DNA of 64,000 bases, from positions 79,734,001 through 79,798,000 of the forward strand of contig NC_058368.1 of NCBI RefSeq assembly GCF_018350175.1, in the 5' to 3' direction. This DNA comes from Felis catus (Eukaryota). The position numbers and the translations under genes are program-made. Positions 36,690-49,603 of the stretch are shown here, piece by piece (within the stretch, counting starts at the first letter, position 1; each line of letters starts with the position of its first letter). The notes beneath the pieces are model-generated. The model did no database searches and had not been told where the DNA came from. It saw only the letters and a program-made list of their open reading frames with translations.

Positions 36690-36769
36690 GGAAGATAGGG
36701 GTCCTGAGAGCTCCAGCTGAGAGGGGCGAGGGTAGGTCTGGAACCGCCCCCCCCCCAGTCCTCAAGCCC

Positions 36770-37003
36770 TCTCCCCTTTATACAGACCCTGGTCTATACA
36801 GACCCCATCCACCCCATGGCACTCAGATCCCCGTCTATATGGACCACCCCTCAGCCCTCATCCTCCCCCCCACCCCTCCATATGGACCCCACCCATTCAG
36901 AGGCCCTCAAATCCCTGTCTATACAGACCACCCTCAACCCTCAGACCCCCCATCTATAAGGACCTGCCCCCCCCCACCTTGGCTTCAGACCCAGTCTATA
37001 AGC
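36770..37003 (+). repeat. Degenerate C-rich minisatellite, core YCTATAYRGACC
   Basis: About 7 variants: ttatacagacc, gtctatacagacc (twice), gtctatatggacc, ccatatggacc, atctataaggacc, gtctataag. Confidence 0.75.
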
Positions 37004-37149
37004 TCTGCCTGCTTAGTTCAGGGTGGTTTTCTTCTTTTTTCTTTTTCTTTTACATTTGTTTCTGCTGCTGTCATTTCTGTGACCCATATGAATGATCTTA
37101 TTCTGTAGACGTTAAAGTTATAAAAGCAATTTTCTGAAAGAAATTAAGC

Positions 37150-37925
37150 CTGATGGTCTAACAACCGAGAGAGTGATTTGGTAATATATGCTAAAATCTT
37201 AAAAACGGGCAAACTCCAACCCCAGCAATTCCTCTTTCTCTCAGAACTTTACCTAAAGAGGTGAACAGAGACTAACGTTCATAGAATTTTAAATATGTTT
37301 ATTCAAACGCTGTTATAATAGAGAAAAACGGGGCAAGCCTGAAAGCCCAGCTGCTGTGGCATAATTAAATTATGGATGCCTGTACCGTGGACTGCTCCAC
37401 GGCTATTGAAAATTCCGTGGTAAAATACACATAAAGACATGAAAACGTTTTGAAAGTGTATTGTTTGGGGGCCCCTGGGGGGCTCAGCCAGTTAAGTCTC
37501 TGACTTTGGCCCAGGTCATGATCTCACGGTTCATGGGTTCAAGCCCTGCATCAGGATCTGTGCTGATGGCTCGGAGCCTTGAGCCTGCTTCCTATTCTGT
37601 GTCTCCCTCTCTCTCTGCCCCTCCCCTGCTCATTTTCCCTCTCTCTCTCTCTCTCCCTGTCTCTCTCTCCCTCTTTCTCTCTCCCTCAAAAATAAATAAA
37701 CATTAAAAAAATTTTAATAAAGTGCATTGTTTGCTGGGAAAGCAGAGAGCAGAGCAGGTCACGGTGCATGTGAATGCCTTCAAGTAGATGAGGAGAGAGA
37801 GCCGGGAAAAAGAACCATTTCAGTGGTGTCTCCAGGTACTGGGATCAAAACCAGGCGTGGGCATTTCTGCTGATCTGTATTTCTTAACCTGTAGACCATA
37901 AACACGTATTGCTTGGGAAAAAAAA
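37150..37925 (+). mobile_element. Decayed L1M 3' end split by a SINE
   Basis: gatttggtaatatatg..aaaatcttaaaaa...acccagcaattcctc...taattaaattatgg...; A-rich end. Confidence 0.6.
37467..37718 (+). mobile_element. CAN-SINE
   Basis: Full SINE; TSD aaagtgYattgtttg. Confidence 0.96.
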
Positions 37926-39800
37926 AAATTCACCCAAAAGAAAACAATTCGCTTACAAAACAAGAACAAAATGAAACCACAACAACAACGAGAACCCAGA
38001 AATGTCCGTCATTCAATTTCTCAGTTCGTCCCATTCCTCCGACCTTATGCGTCTCTTTATCCCTTTTCTCTGAGACACTCCAGTGATCCCGTGCTGCGGC
38101 TTCCACACAAGTCCCACGCTCCTGGGAACTGAGGGATCAAATCCCGGACAGAGCAGCTTCCTCCCACCAAGGCGCCCCCTACCCCCACATTAATTTTGCA
38201 GGACTGAACTTTGAACTCTGCACGTATCTGACACGTGGTGCGGGGGGGTCTTTCCCTCCCCGAGGGGAAGGGAACTGGGCCATAGACCTCTCCCTGCCTC
38301 TGCCCCCTCTCGGCTCCCAAGGTGAAGGCTATACTGGCTGCTCCGGGGTCGGACTCTCCAGTCACTGGGGATGGTTCCCCACTCACTGAGGCAATATAGC
38401 TGGAGGTCCAGGCCCTGCCCGGCTGGGGCTCCTAAAACCCTGAAACGGGAAAACTACAAACACGGACTTGCTCTCCCCCTCCCTGCAACCATTCGCAGTC
38501 CAGCACCTGTTTGAAGCTTTGCTATGAGCTCCACAATGATAAAGAACCATCCAGAAGCTTAATGGCTTGCTAAGGGAAGTCAGTGAATTCCGGTTCCCTC
38601 TGAGGAGATCCACCCCAGCCCTTCTGGCGGCTTCTCTGCTGCCTGAAACACACAGGTGTCTGACAGAGACCCCAAAAGGTGTGCATCTCTCGGCCGTAAG
38701 GACACCCCAGCCACGTCTGCCGGGAGCACTTCCAACCATCACCTCTCCAGTAAAGCAAACATAAAGGAATAATGAGCAACCTAGACATATGCAGACAGCC
38801 GGGATGAACAAAAAGAATGAACGATGGACAGTGGCCATGAGAAAGGAACCCAAGAAAAGTAAGCACAGGGAACAAAGACGCTTGCGTTTCCTGACTCTCC
38901 GCACTCCCGCTTTTGACATCTAGCTACTGTTTTGAAAGCGGAGTGGGAGGGAATCGATAGTTTTTCCCTAAATGCCACGTGTGTTTTCTGTCATTCTCCC
39001 GCTTCACCCTGCACCACCATTTCCCACATGGGGAAACTGAGGCTCCAGAAGCCAAGCAGCCAACAGCGATAGAGCTTCGCCGAGAGCCAGGGCTGGGTGT
39101 TGGACTAGAAGCCCACATGGTCCCACGAGGTGGCCCTGGGCTGCCTCACACCTGCAAACAGTTCTCATTTCCGTGTGTCCACGGGAAGGGCATGAGAAGA
39201 AGCGAGGCGCCGGGGGTCTGTGAGATGACCCTGAGATTCCTCGGCTCATTGCCAAGTGCTGGAGTTCCCACTGTTGACAGCACGCCCCTTTCTGCATACA
39301 CAAGCTGAGTCATGGCGCCCTAATTCGCCTCTTCTCCAGTAAGCTCTCAACACATTTAAAGAGAAATTTCAAGTCCTTCCTCAAACAGCAATCGGTGGCG
39401 TGAAGAAGCTTGTTCTTCGCTCATTCAACCAACACTGGTTGAGATTTGCTCTTGGCAGTCAACACCGGCCATGCTGCTTACAGCATCCCTTCACTTCAGG
39501 CATTTAGGTGTGGACTAGAGTCATGATTGGACCGTTTCAGCATTTTCAATGATTAAGATAAATATTGCTTTCGAAGATGACTGGGGACTTTGGTTGTCCA
39601 GACAGGACACATTCTGCATATTTCAATGTAATTCCCATAATATGGGTAAAATTCAGCTCCATGTGGGAGGCCATCAACAGTCCAAATTCAAACTCAAATG
39701 ACTAAAAACCCCACTTGCTGGTATCTCTGTTCTCTGCTATTCAGTTTTTCTGTGGAGGTAGAAACCTTGGATTTTCCTCAGCTTCCAACACTGGATTTTA

Positions 39801-40029
39801 TTTTATTTTTTTAATTTTTTTTTCAACGTTTTTTATTTATTTTTGGGACAGAGAGAGACAGAGCATGAACAGGGGAGGGGCAGAGAGAGAGGGAGACACA
39901 GAATCGGAAACAGGCTCCAGGCTCCGAGCCATCAGCCCGGAGCCTGACTCGGGGCTCGAACTCATGGACCGCGAGATCGTGACCTGGCTGAAGTCGGACG
40001 CTTAACCAACTGCACCACCCAGGCGCCCC
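39801..40029 (-). mobile_element. CAN-SINE, young felid subfamily
   Basis: Perfect 16-bp TSD ccaacactggatttta at 39785-39800 and 40032-40047. Confidence 0.98.
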
Positions 40030-40796
40030 AACCAACACTGGATTTTAAAACCACCCGAGGCTGACGGTTACACTGTAGGATCCCTTTGTGAAACACGGGG
40101 CCGTAGGTGACATCACTGCACATTTTTATCTTATTCCTTGGTAACGAGATGTATTTGAAGATGCAGAGAGTTCACCCACGGATGGTTGCAGGTATCTTAG
40201 CTTGTCCCACCGAAAGAGCTGAAGAGGCAGCTCAAAAAAAAAAAAAAAAAAAAAAGATGGTGCCTGGGGACAGGCTGAAGCCCCAAAGCCACATGAGATG
40301 AGAGCTCTTGTCCTCTAGAGCAGTCCCCAACCTGTCCACCAACACCCCACCCACACTGGCAGAAAAGGAATGCCCATTTTTACAAAGAAAATGTGAGCAA
40401 AGAGCATCAGCGGGAAAGGACCACTCAGACCATCAGACTTCCCTTCAAGTGCCCCACCTCTTCTTCAGGCTGCCCATAGCTTGTCTTCCTAGATCCAGTC
40501 AGCTGGTCATGGCCATGAGGTTGGCCAGTCTCTCCCTACTGCCTGTACACAGAAAATATCAGTCAGAACTTTCTCCCTGAAACCACATTCATCATTTCAC
40601 CCTATCCTTTAAGAGGTATTCCTGAGTTCCCACCATTTTCGAAAAGCCCAACTTGCAAGAGGCTCCATGACCCAGTTGCACTGGTCCGTCACCCTCTAGC
40701 CACCCATCAAATTTATCTCAGGCAAGAGGGTTTCTCTGATGGGCTTCACTGGAAATCCCATGGATGAGAATGGGATTCTATTTAAAAGGCTGTCTA

Positions 40797-41007
40797 GGGG
40801 CGCTTAGGTGGCTCAGTCAGTTGCGTGTCCGACTCTTGATTTCAGCTCAGATTATGATCCAGGGTCGTGGGATCAGATCCTGCATCGAAATTTGGGATTT
40901 CCTCACTCTCTCTCTCTCTCTCTCCCTTTGCCCCTCTCCCCCAATCACACTCTCACTCTCTCTCTCTAAAAAAATTTAAAAATAAAAATAAAATAAAATA
41001 AATAAAA
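40797..41007 (+). mobile_element. CAN-SINE (older, internally deleted)
   Basis: Head, (CT)n and (AAAAT)n tail. Confidence 0.93.
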
Positions 41008-41799
41008 GTCCCTCCAAAGTGCAGCTTCAAGACAGAACCAGACTTCTATAATGTAGTCAACAATGTTCTGGTTCTATTTCAGGTGCTGCCCATGAGATTT
41101 AAGTCCCATGACATTGACTGGTGTTGCTTCTGTGAAATTTACCCAAACACAAAGGTTTGGTGAATTATGGACAGAAAGAAATCATGTTACAGCAAATACT
41201 TGAGAGGAGACCATCAAGAGTCTAGAATATCATGGTTTAAGATCTTCGGTTTTGTTTGGTTCAATCATAACATACGCGCTATTAACAAAGCACTGTGCAT
41301 TCTTGTTTGGTGCCGAAACTTTCCCTGTAACGCTGGCAGGATGGACACAATAGTCCTTATTTTGCAATTTGGAGACCAGACCGAGTCTCTGAGTTTCTCA
41401 GTCTTCTAACCAGGAGGAGACAGAACTCAGGTACCGTGTTCCAAATATAGCACAGGTATGGGAAAGAGGAAGTGAAGGTCCAGCTCTCTAAGATATGCCT
41501 CCAACCCCCATTGCCATTTTAAGTGCAAGGAGACTCCAGGAGAAACTATTTAAAAGAGTTTGAATTGACTACTTTCATACAATATTTGTATAAACATACA
41601 AACATACAAATATTGTACAATATACGAATATTATACACATAGTCTCATCCTCAATCCCTATCCCCAGATGAATGTGTCACTCTTGCTCTTCTGTAATCAT
41701 TCAAGTTTCTTCTGATAATAATATTTTAATTTTTTTTCTGGATAGCAACCCACTTTTCTTGATCTCAATCCAAGGAATTCCTAGTAGAGTTGACCTCAA

Positions 41800-42210
41800 G
41801 CCCAGATCATTGGGGTAAAGTAGCTTATAACTCGTCCCCGCCCAATGGGTGTGCACTGCCTTCCTCTGGCCATAGCCCTGGTTTGTCAATGGCCAGGGCC
41901 CACACAGAGCAAATGAGACTTTTCCTGGGACAAGGGGCACCCTCTTTTCTCTGTGGCGTTGAATGTTGGTGGAGCTGGCACCAACATTTGCTCGCCACCT
42001 GGTGACCTCTGAAAATGAAGCTGAGCCTGGGGAGAGCGGGGCCAGGCAGCGCGACAACCTGCATCCTGACACCATGATTCAAGACCCTAATCCAGCCGGG
42101 TATGAAGTTAGCGTCGCCCATAAACTCTTGCACTATGTGACACCATGATTTATTTCCCTTTAATGCAGATTGTTTTGTGTATTCAGTCACTTGCAAATTT
42201 TGACACGGAT
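41800..42210 (+). mobile_element. MLT1J/K-like solo LTR
   Basis: gaaaatgaagctga..ggagagcggggcca...atcctgacaccatgatt...taatccagcc...ttccctttaa...gtcacttgcaa. Confidence 0.65.
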
Positions 42211-43454
42211 ATCTTGGAAGGAAGAAAAGCAATCATTAGAGAAGGTCACGCTCATCCACCACAGACCCCTGGATCACGGTGACAGCTCCCCGCCCACCAC
42301 ACCCAGCACAGCCACCGCCTCAGCCCGTCCTGCCCCCAACCACCTGAAACTGGTCCTGCCAGAGAGTCCCCACACACTCCCTGCGAGGTTGTAAATACCC
42401 CCGGGGATCCATGACTTCATTAGACCATGACGCACATTATCCAGTCTCTTGTTCAGTTCTGAAAGACTATATGACTGTCTGGAGATTAAACTCCTGAAAA
42501 TGTTCCCTGGGAAAGAAGCAGAAGCCAGAAAGCGGGGTTGTAAGACTAAAATGGGAGAAAAAAAAATGGTAACGACTTAAAAAGCCCTAAAGACATCTCC
42601 CCGCAGAGAACATTCCGGAGTCAATCCGACTCTTCAGAAAAAGCTACTGACAGGTATTGTTGACTGAGCTGCTGTCTCTAATGCCGTCTCTTGAGTTGTT
42701 TACTGGACAGTCTTGTCTGGGTTTCAGGCACAGAACAGCGAAAGCTGTCGATACTTCTCGAGTACGTGTGGATTCCTTACAAGGCACTCCCGACTGAGGC
42801 TGAAGGCTTTAATTAAATGAGCAATTAGCTTGGGGCATGGATGTTTATACAAAAAGAAAATAAGTTAATTAATTTGGAAATTATTTGCCACCGTGAACAT
42901 GAGCCTACCATGGGCTTTACACGGTGCCAGAGGTACGTGCGCTGCGGTTCAAGAGCAGAGAAATGTCAGGGTCGGGAGAGGCCCCGCAGGCTGGCAGCCC
43001 ATGCTTCAGCATTCCTGATTACACGACCCGCCTGCGCGCCAGCAGCCTCTCCGCCTCCCAGGCTTCACCCCCGCTGACACCTGACGTCCAGCCTGCAGGC
43101 TGGCCTTCTCCACCGGAGGCCTTCCCTGCTGCACCTGCAGCCACCCGCTGTCTCACTGCGTCAGGTGCTGCCGCTGTGCCCAAGGAGGGAAGCGCGACAG
43201 AACCGTGTGGGTTTTTTCACCAAAGGTGAGATAGCATCGGGGCTGAGGGGACACCAGTTTCTCCCCCCCCACCACCACCCGCCGAGATCTCACTCACAGG
43301 GCTATAACGTTGGCTAGTTTTCAATGCTGCCGGTTCTTAAAGCCAAGTAATTGATGTGAATTTGTTTTCTCCCATACTTACAGATCAGAGCTTTTGAAGC
43401 CATCGTTTTAAAATACAACCACATTCTTCCGATCTGTAACTTAGAAGGGAGGGG

Positions 43455-43683
43455 TTTTTTTATTTTTATTTTATTTTTTTAAACGTTTCTTTATCTTTGA
43501 GACAGAGAGAGACAGAGCATGAACGGGGGAGGGGCAGAGAGAGAGGGAGACACAGAATCGGAAGCAGGCTCCAGGCTCTGAGCCATCAGCCCAGAGCCGA
43601 CACAGGGCTCAAACTCACGGACCGCGAGATCGTGACCTGAGGTGAAGTCGGAGGCTTAACCAACTGAGCCACCCAGGTGCCCC
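43455..43683 (-). mobile_element. CAN-SINE, young felid subfamily
   Basis: gagccatcagcccagagcc..actcacggaccgcgagatcgtgacc diagnostic motif. Confidence 0.97.
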
Positions 43684-43712
43684 AGAAGGGTTTTTTTTAA
43701 AAAAGCACAGGA

Positions 43713-43948
43713 GGGGCACCTGGTTGGCTCAGTCAGTTAAGCGTCCGACTTCGGCTCAGGTCATGATCTCAGCATACACGAGTTTGTAAGTTCGAGCCCT
43801 GCCTCGGGCTCTCTGCTGTCAGCACGGAGCCTGCTTTAGATCCTCTGTCTCCCTCTCTCTCTGCCCCTCCCCCACTCACACGCGGGTTTTCCCTCTCTCT
43901 CTCTCTGTCTCTCAAAAATAAAATGAAACATTAAGAAAAATCTTTACA
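43713..43948 (+). mobile_element. CAN-SINE, head-to-head with the previous copy
   Basis: Full SINE; TSD aaaaRcacaggag. Confidence 0.97.
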
Positions 43949-44387
43949 AAAACACAGGAGTGAACATTGCAAAAGCAATTTGGGCTAGACCGTCTTGTCC
44001 TGCGCACACTCACACGTGCTTGCATAAATCATCTGCACACTCCAGTGTCCCAGAAAGCGGTGCTCCCAGCAGAGTAGAGGCCACAGCGAGCTAATGCAGG
44101 ACTCAAGGCTGATAGCCTTATAGTAGCTTTTAAACCACTGGATGAATGAAGGAGAAAAATGAGAAAACACGAATGGGCAGGTCTGAGGCACAATGTATGA
44201 AGTGGGAGAGCCCAGTACTCTGTCTTGATAACACGCTGTTAGGCAAATCATCAATATTCACTATTACTCAAATTATATAGACAGAAATATACAAGAGAAG
44301 GTATGAGAAAATGTTCCCACAGAAATGCAAATTAAAACAGAAAGTAGTGTCATTTTCTTAAAATAATATTTAAAAATAATAATAATA

Positions 44388-44610
44388 GGGGCACCTGTCT
44401 GGCTCAGTTGGTTAAGTGTCTGACTTCGGCTCAGGTCATGATCTCACCGTTCGTGGGTTTGAGCCCTGTGTCGGGCTCTGTGCCGACGGCTCAGAGCCTG
44501 GAGCCTGCTTCGGATTCTATGTCTCCCTCTCTCTCTGCCCCCCACCCCCACTCACAGTCTATCTTTCTCTCTCAAAAATAAACATTTAAAAAATTTTTAA
44601 TAAAATAAAA
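44388..44610 (+). mobile_element. CAN-SINE within a decayed L1M remnant (about 44300-45080)
   Basis: Full SINE; flanks aaataataat; upstream agaaatgcaaattaaaac L1 motif. Confidence 0.96.
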
Positions 44611-45089
44611 TAATAATAATTATTATTTTCTTATTATCAATCAATATATAATATTCCCTTATATCGATAGTCAGCACACAGATTTACTCAAAATTTCTTA
44701 AAGGTAAATATAATTTGATCAGTTAACCTCACCTCTTGGAAACCATTCACAGAATAGCTGTGAAATATGGGAAAACATTTAAGGCACAAAAATGTTCATT
44801 ACAGATTTACAGTAACTATTTAATCTTTCAAAAAGGATTTAGGAGAATGTACATTAATGTAGAAACATATACATGACACAGTGTTAGGGGATTCTGTGAG
44901 CAGGATTTAGCAAAAGCAGAATTATGGAGAACAAAAAAATGTAACTCATACAAAAAGATTTCAACAACACGCACCATGGTGTTTATGACTGTCTACCTGT
45001 CGATGGTTGAAAATCGTGGCTGATTTTTCCCTCTTTTCTGATTGTCAAATGTCTACACTACATACATGTATCACTTTTATGGAAATATT

Positions 45090-45274
45090 TTTTTAAGTTT
45101 ATTTGTTTATTTATTTTCAGAGAGAGAGAAAGCATGAGTGGGGGTGGGCAGAGAGAGAGGAGAGAGAGAACCCCAAGCAGGCTCTGCGCTGTCATGGGGC
45201 TTGAACCCACAAACCATGAGATCATGATCTGAGTCAAAGTCGGTGCTTAACCAACTAAGCCACCCAGATGCCCC
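45090..45274 (-). mobile_element. CAN-SINE
   Basis: Reverse-complement SINE; TSD gaaatattttt. Confidence 0.95.
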
Positions 45275-47959
45275 AGAAATATTTTTAACTTAGGGTTTGG
45301 GGCTTTCTTTGCAGGAATAATCGCAAGAGATGCCCGAACGCCCTCCCTGCCCTCTGTCTCCTCCCTGCCTTCACCAGCTTCCACGTCACAGAGGGGGTCA
45401 ACTAGTTAACACGGAGAACATCAGTTAACTCCCCCGAGTAATTAAGAAAATGCCAGTGTCTCTGCTGCGTGGTCCCCCGTCTCCACTCCCCATGGGCTTA
45501 ACACGGAAGGTGCACACTTGGCTCCGGGCTCAGGCTACACAAATCCCCACGGCCCGCTGGACCGTGTGAGCTCATGCCTCCGGCCTGGTGGGGCCAGCCC
45601 ACGTGTGTTCACCTTTCGGCCCCTTATTCCCTTCACCCTCCCATCCCTGTGATGTGTTGGCTCCCACTCACAGGAAGCAGACCTCAGAGCTGCTGGGGAC
45701 AACCCTCTCCTGAGCGACACACTGCAGACAGAATGTAAGGCCTCTGATTCCAGACCATCCACCTACGATCCCCATCACGATTCTAAGGATGTGTTGTAAA
45801 CCCTCACTTCCCTTCCTGGTGTCCTCTGCTTCCTTCTTGGGGACCGCCCTTCAACGTCCTTCCCTACTCACACATCCCTCCACCTGTTCTTCCAGGTCTG
45901 GCTCCATCAGCCCCCACACCTTCGTGCCCTCCCTCCGGCTTCCCCAGGCGGAATGAGCGCCCCTCCTTCCCCACTCCACAGCATGTGGGTTTTCAATCTA
46001 TTTTGTCACTCACTTTGGCCACTTCTTAAGAAAGTTCCCTACCTCCCGTGAGTGTGAGCAGTGGGATGATTTCCTACTCATTTTTAGCGCCCATTTGAGC
46101 TTGGGCACGTAGAAGACACTCAGTAGAAATTTGTTGGATGGATTAGCTCAATGCTGGCACAGTTGCTCATCTTGCTTTTCTCTCGTGTTGTCTGCCTCTG
46201 CGAATACACGCGCAGCAAACACACGTGAAAGGGGGGTTTCTCGGTGTTCATTAATATTGACAATTCTACTAGCCTACCTAATTAAATACCTGCCTTCTTC
46301 AGAGGCCAAAATGAGACTTGGGGTGAAAAGTAGTAATGAACACCATGGATGTAAGGAAGCTTTTCTACATTACAGGATGAGAGGCATTATTTGCGTCTGG
46401 AGGGAGGGAGTTCCTTGCCTCATTGGCAGCTTCCCAGGAGAGGGCTTGGGAGGAGTACTGTCTGGTCTTCTTTGGATTTCAGGTGCTCTGCAGAGAGATG
46501 TTCCTCCGGTCCAGGGCAGGCAAGCATATCTGAGAGTGAAAACAAATTTGAGATGCCGAAGGAGACAGACATGGGAGTAAACAGATCTGCTGGGAGAGTG
46601 GCCATCCTGCAAGAGGGCAGGCGGGCTGGCCAAGTCAAGGGCGGACGTCCAGGGAGAGAGCACGTGGCGGCGTTCCCCAGCTCCGGCTCTGGCACCAACG
46701 GCACAGCCATGCGGCGAAGGTCGTCCTGAAGGAGTGAGCACAGGTCGCCGGGCCCTCGGGACTGGGCAGGAGTTCCGGGTCCACAAATAAGGACACAGTA
46801 ACTTGACAGGAACCGGGGGAAAGCCCAGTCCAGATCTGAAGACAACAAGAACAAAAAAAAAAAAAAAACAACACTGGAAATTCTTCACAATAACTTACTT
46901 GTTTATTTCTTTGTCTATAAAACAGAAATAATCAATGAAGTAAAAAAATTAAAATGGATTAAGTGCTTTTTAGCACAGGACGTCATTCCCCCGAAGACTG
47001 GAGGCCAGTGGTTCTGTTTCCTACAAAGACCATAATATGAGGTCCTGGTACAGGAGGCTCTTGGTTAGATGCATGTTGCACAGCGTTGGAACCTGTTACT
47101 GATGCTTGATGTACAAGCTGCGGAAAAACAACTTCTCCCGGGTCTCTGATGTTTAAGTGGAACTTGACGGAGGCCTTGGGGCGCTAAATAATTTCAGATT
47201 CTCTCTTTGATGGAGAGTCAGGTGTCAGGATACACTCACTCCACAGCTGTACTGCACAGTATAATAACCCTCGAACCTTCTTCTTCTTCCTCAAACCCAC
47301 CCAGTGACCCAGCAGCATCCCGCCCCGACCTGTCACCGCAGCGTGGCTGGTCCCCACTTGCCTAGGTCACACCCCAGGATCCCTGCTACTGAGTTCAGGC
47401 TGTTTTGATGCAAGTCAAAAGGAGTTTTATTAACTAACCTCAGAGCTGGTCAAACATACTATTTTCAGGCAGTTTGGGAAACAAAACGGTGTGATGGCTG
47501 GTGGTTATAGGAGCCAAGGGACGCTGTCTCCTGCAAAGCCCCTTCCCTCAAACCTTGTACTCTGGGAGAAAGTTGCTTTAATTGTAAATACAAAATGGCT
47601 TCACAAAGTGTATACGTCTGTTGGATGATTCCAGCAGGAAAATTAAAACTTTATAACGTATGCTATTTTAAAAAGTTCATACTTTAAAAATCACAGCAAA
47701 CTTAGATTCTATTACACTCTGGGACCCCAGGTGAGCGTGGGTGAAGGTCAAATCCCTTTACTGTGGGCAGAGATCTTGCTATCCTTTGCCAAAGTTTATT
47801 TTTCTCTCGTTTCCTAAAACGTAGACAGTAGATTCGGCCATTTATGAACGGCATTTTAGGCTACACTTAACATGGTCTTTGACATCTAGTCTTACAAGGA
47901 GACAGATTAGTGTCACCAAATTCTGGCCCTTGAAAAGAAAATGAGAGTAGCAGTTGTGT

Positions 47960-48545
47960 CTTGAGTGAACGAAGCTCGGGTTAGCTTAAAAGAAGCATGA
48001 GGGAGCTTTCTGGAATAATAGTGGTAAAGTTCTATGCCTTGATAAAGATTGGTAACACAGATGTATAACTCTAGCTAATGATATGTACATTGAAGTATTT
48101 AGGGGGAAGCACAATAAAATTTAAGTTGAATTGGGGCGCCTGAGTGGCTCAGTCACTTGAGCATCCGACTTCAGCTTAGGTCACGATCTCACGGTTCCTG
48201 AGTCCGAGCCCCGCGTCAGGCTCTGTGCTGACAGCTCGGAGCCTGGAGCCTGCTTCGGATTCTGTGTTTCCCTCTCTCTCTGCCCCTCCCCACCGCTGGC
48301 GCTCCAACTCTCTCTCTCTCTCAAAAATAAACATTAAATTTTTTTTTTAATTTAAGTTGAATTAATGAATGACTATGATAGATAATGATAGACAGATATG
48401 AGACAGAGAGAGGGAGGGAGGGAGGGGCTAGATGGATTGACAAAGCCCACATAGTCTAATGTCAATGGCAGAAGTCCGTACAAATACTGACTGAAAGTCA
48501 ATTTTGCCGCATGCCTGAAAACTTTCATAATAAAACGCTGGAAAA
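47960..48545 (+). mobile_element. Decayed L1MC/MD-like 3' end split by a SINE
   Basis: gcatgagggagctttctgga...gttctatgccttgat; gatatgtacattgaagtatttaggggga; tgaaaactttcataataaaa. Confidence 0.65.
48133..48348 (+). mobile_element. CAN-SINE
   Basis: Perfect TSD aatttaagttgaatt. Confidence 0.97.
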
Positions 48546-49391
48546 AGTTCTCCCGCTTCATCCCACCAGGCTCAAACGTCAACATGCTCTTCTATGCACA
48601 AACGCTCCTGTCCAGCATCCCCAAGACAAAACGCGTTTAGTGGCCCAAGACATGATATTAAGTTTACAAAGCATAGAGATATGTTGGTCTCCGAGAATCT
48701 TATGGGGTGGGGGGAGGTGGAGACAAGATTTAAATCTGCACTTGCCTCTTTAGAAACAACAGCCTTTTTCCTGAGTGCCCGAACACCCTTGGGGGAAAAC
48801 CCGCTAGGTTTTCTCTACCTTTTCTCACTTGGAGGAAAATCCACTCGGTGGGAGAATTAGCCCCGGGGCTTATCAAGCAAAGATCAGCCCACTCGGCTTG
48901 AGTGGCTCCAAAATACTGTTGGAGGCATCACTCCAAGTAACGCAATTGGCCACATCACACACCTCAGTGGCCTCCCGACCCTGCGCCCCTTTTTGTCCAC
49001 TGGCCCACTGAGAGGTTTTCCCTGACAAATCGCCCATTAGATCACCTCCGGTGCACCTCCCTCCCGCCCCATCTTCTCTTATCGATGACCCTGTCACCAG
49101 GAAGTCGCGTTCGACGCGTAATGCCAACACAGATTTTGCGCCCGAGCCTCCTGGTCTGGCCTCACAAATTCCTAAAACGGCTTCTGCTTAATTACAGATG
49201 AGAGCGCTCCACCTGGCTGTGTGGGAAACAGCAGGTGCACTCAAAAGTGACCGCAGGAAGCCAACACGCTCCCTCCCCTGCTCCTTTCTCACATGATGTC
49301 TGTGGGAAATGACAAACTTCGACCTTTTTCTTAAAACAGTGGGGGCCTCTGCGATCTGCACCAAGCAGGCACTAACTCAAGGTACTTTTTA

Positions 49392-49603
49392 TTTATTTTT
49401 TTTTTATTTATTTTTGAGGCAGAGAGAGACAGACAGAGCATGAACGGGGGAGGGGCAGAGAGAGAGGGAGACACAGAATCGGAAACAGGCTCCAGGCTCT
49501 GAGCCATCAGCCCAGAGCCCGACGCGGGGCTCGAACTCACGGACCGCGAGATTGTGACCCGGGCTGAAGTCGGACGCTTAACCGACTGAGCCACCCAGGC
49601 GCC
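49392..49603 (-). mobile_element. CAN-SINE, young felid subfamily
   Basis: Perfect 17-bp TSD actcaaggtacttttta at 49375-49391 and 49604-49620; CpGs intact. Confidence 0.98.

Noticed and set aside
32223..43433. Further minus-strand exon-like segments (about 32223-32297, 35054-35101, 36003-36049, 38387-38439, 43382-43433)
   Set aside because: Splice-like ends, but no peptide I recognise and no unique phase-consistent chain; such pseudo-exons are common in introns.
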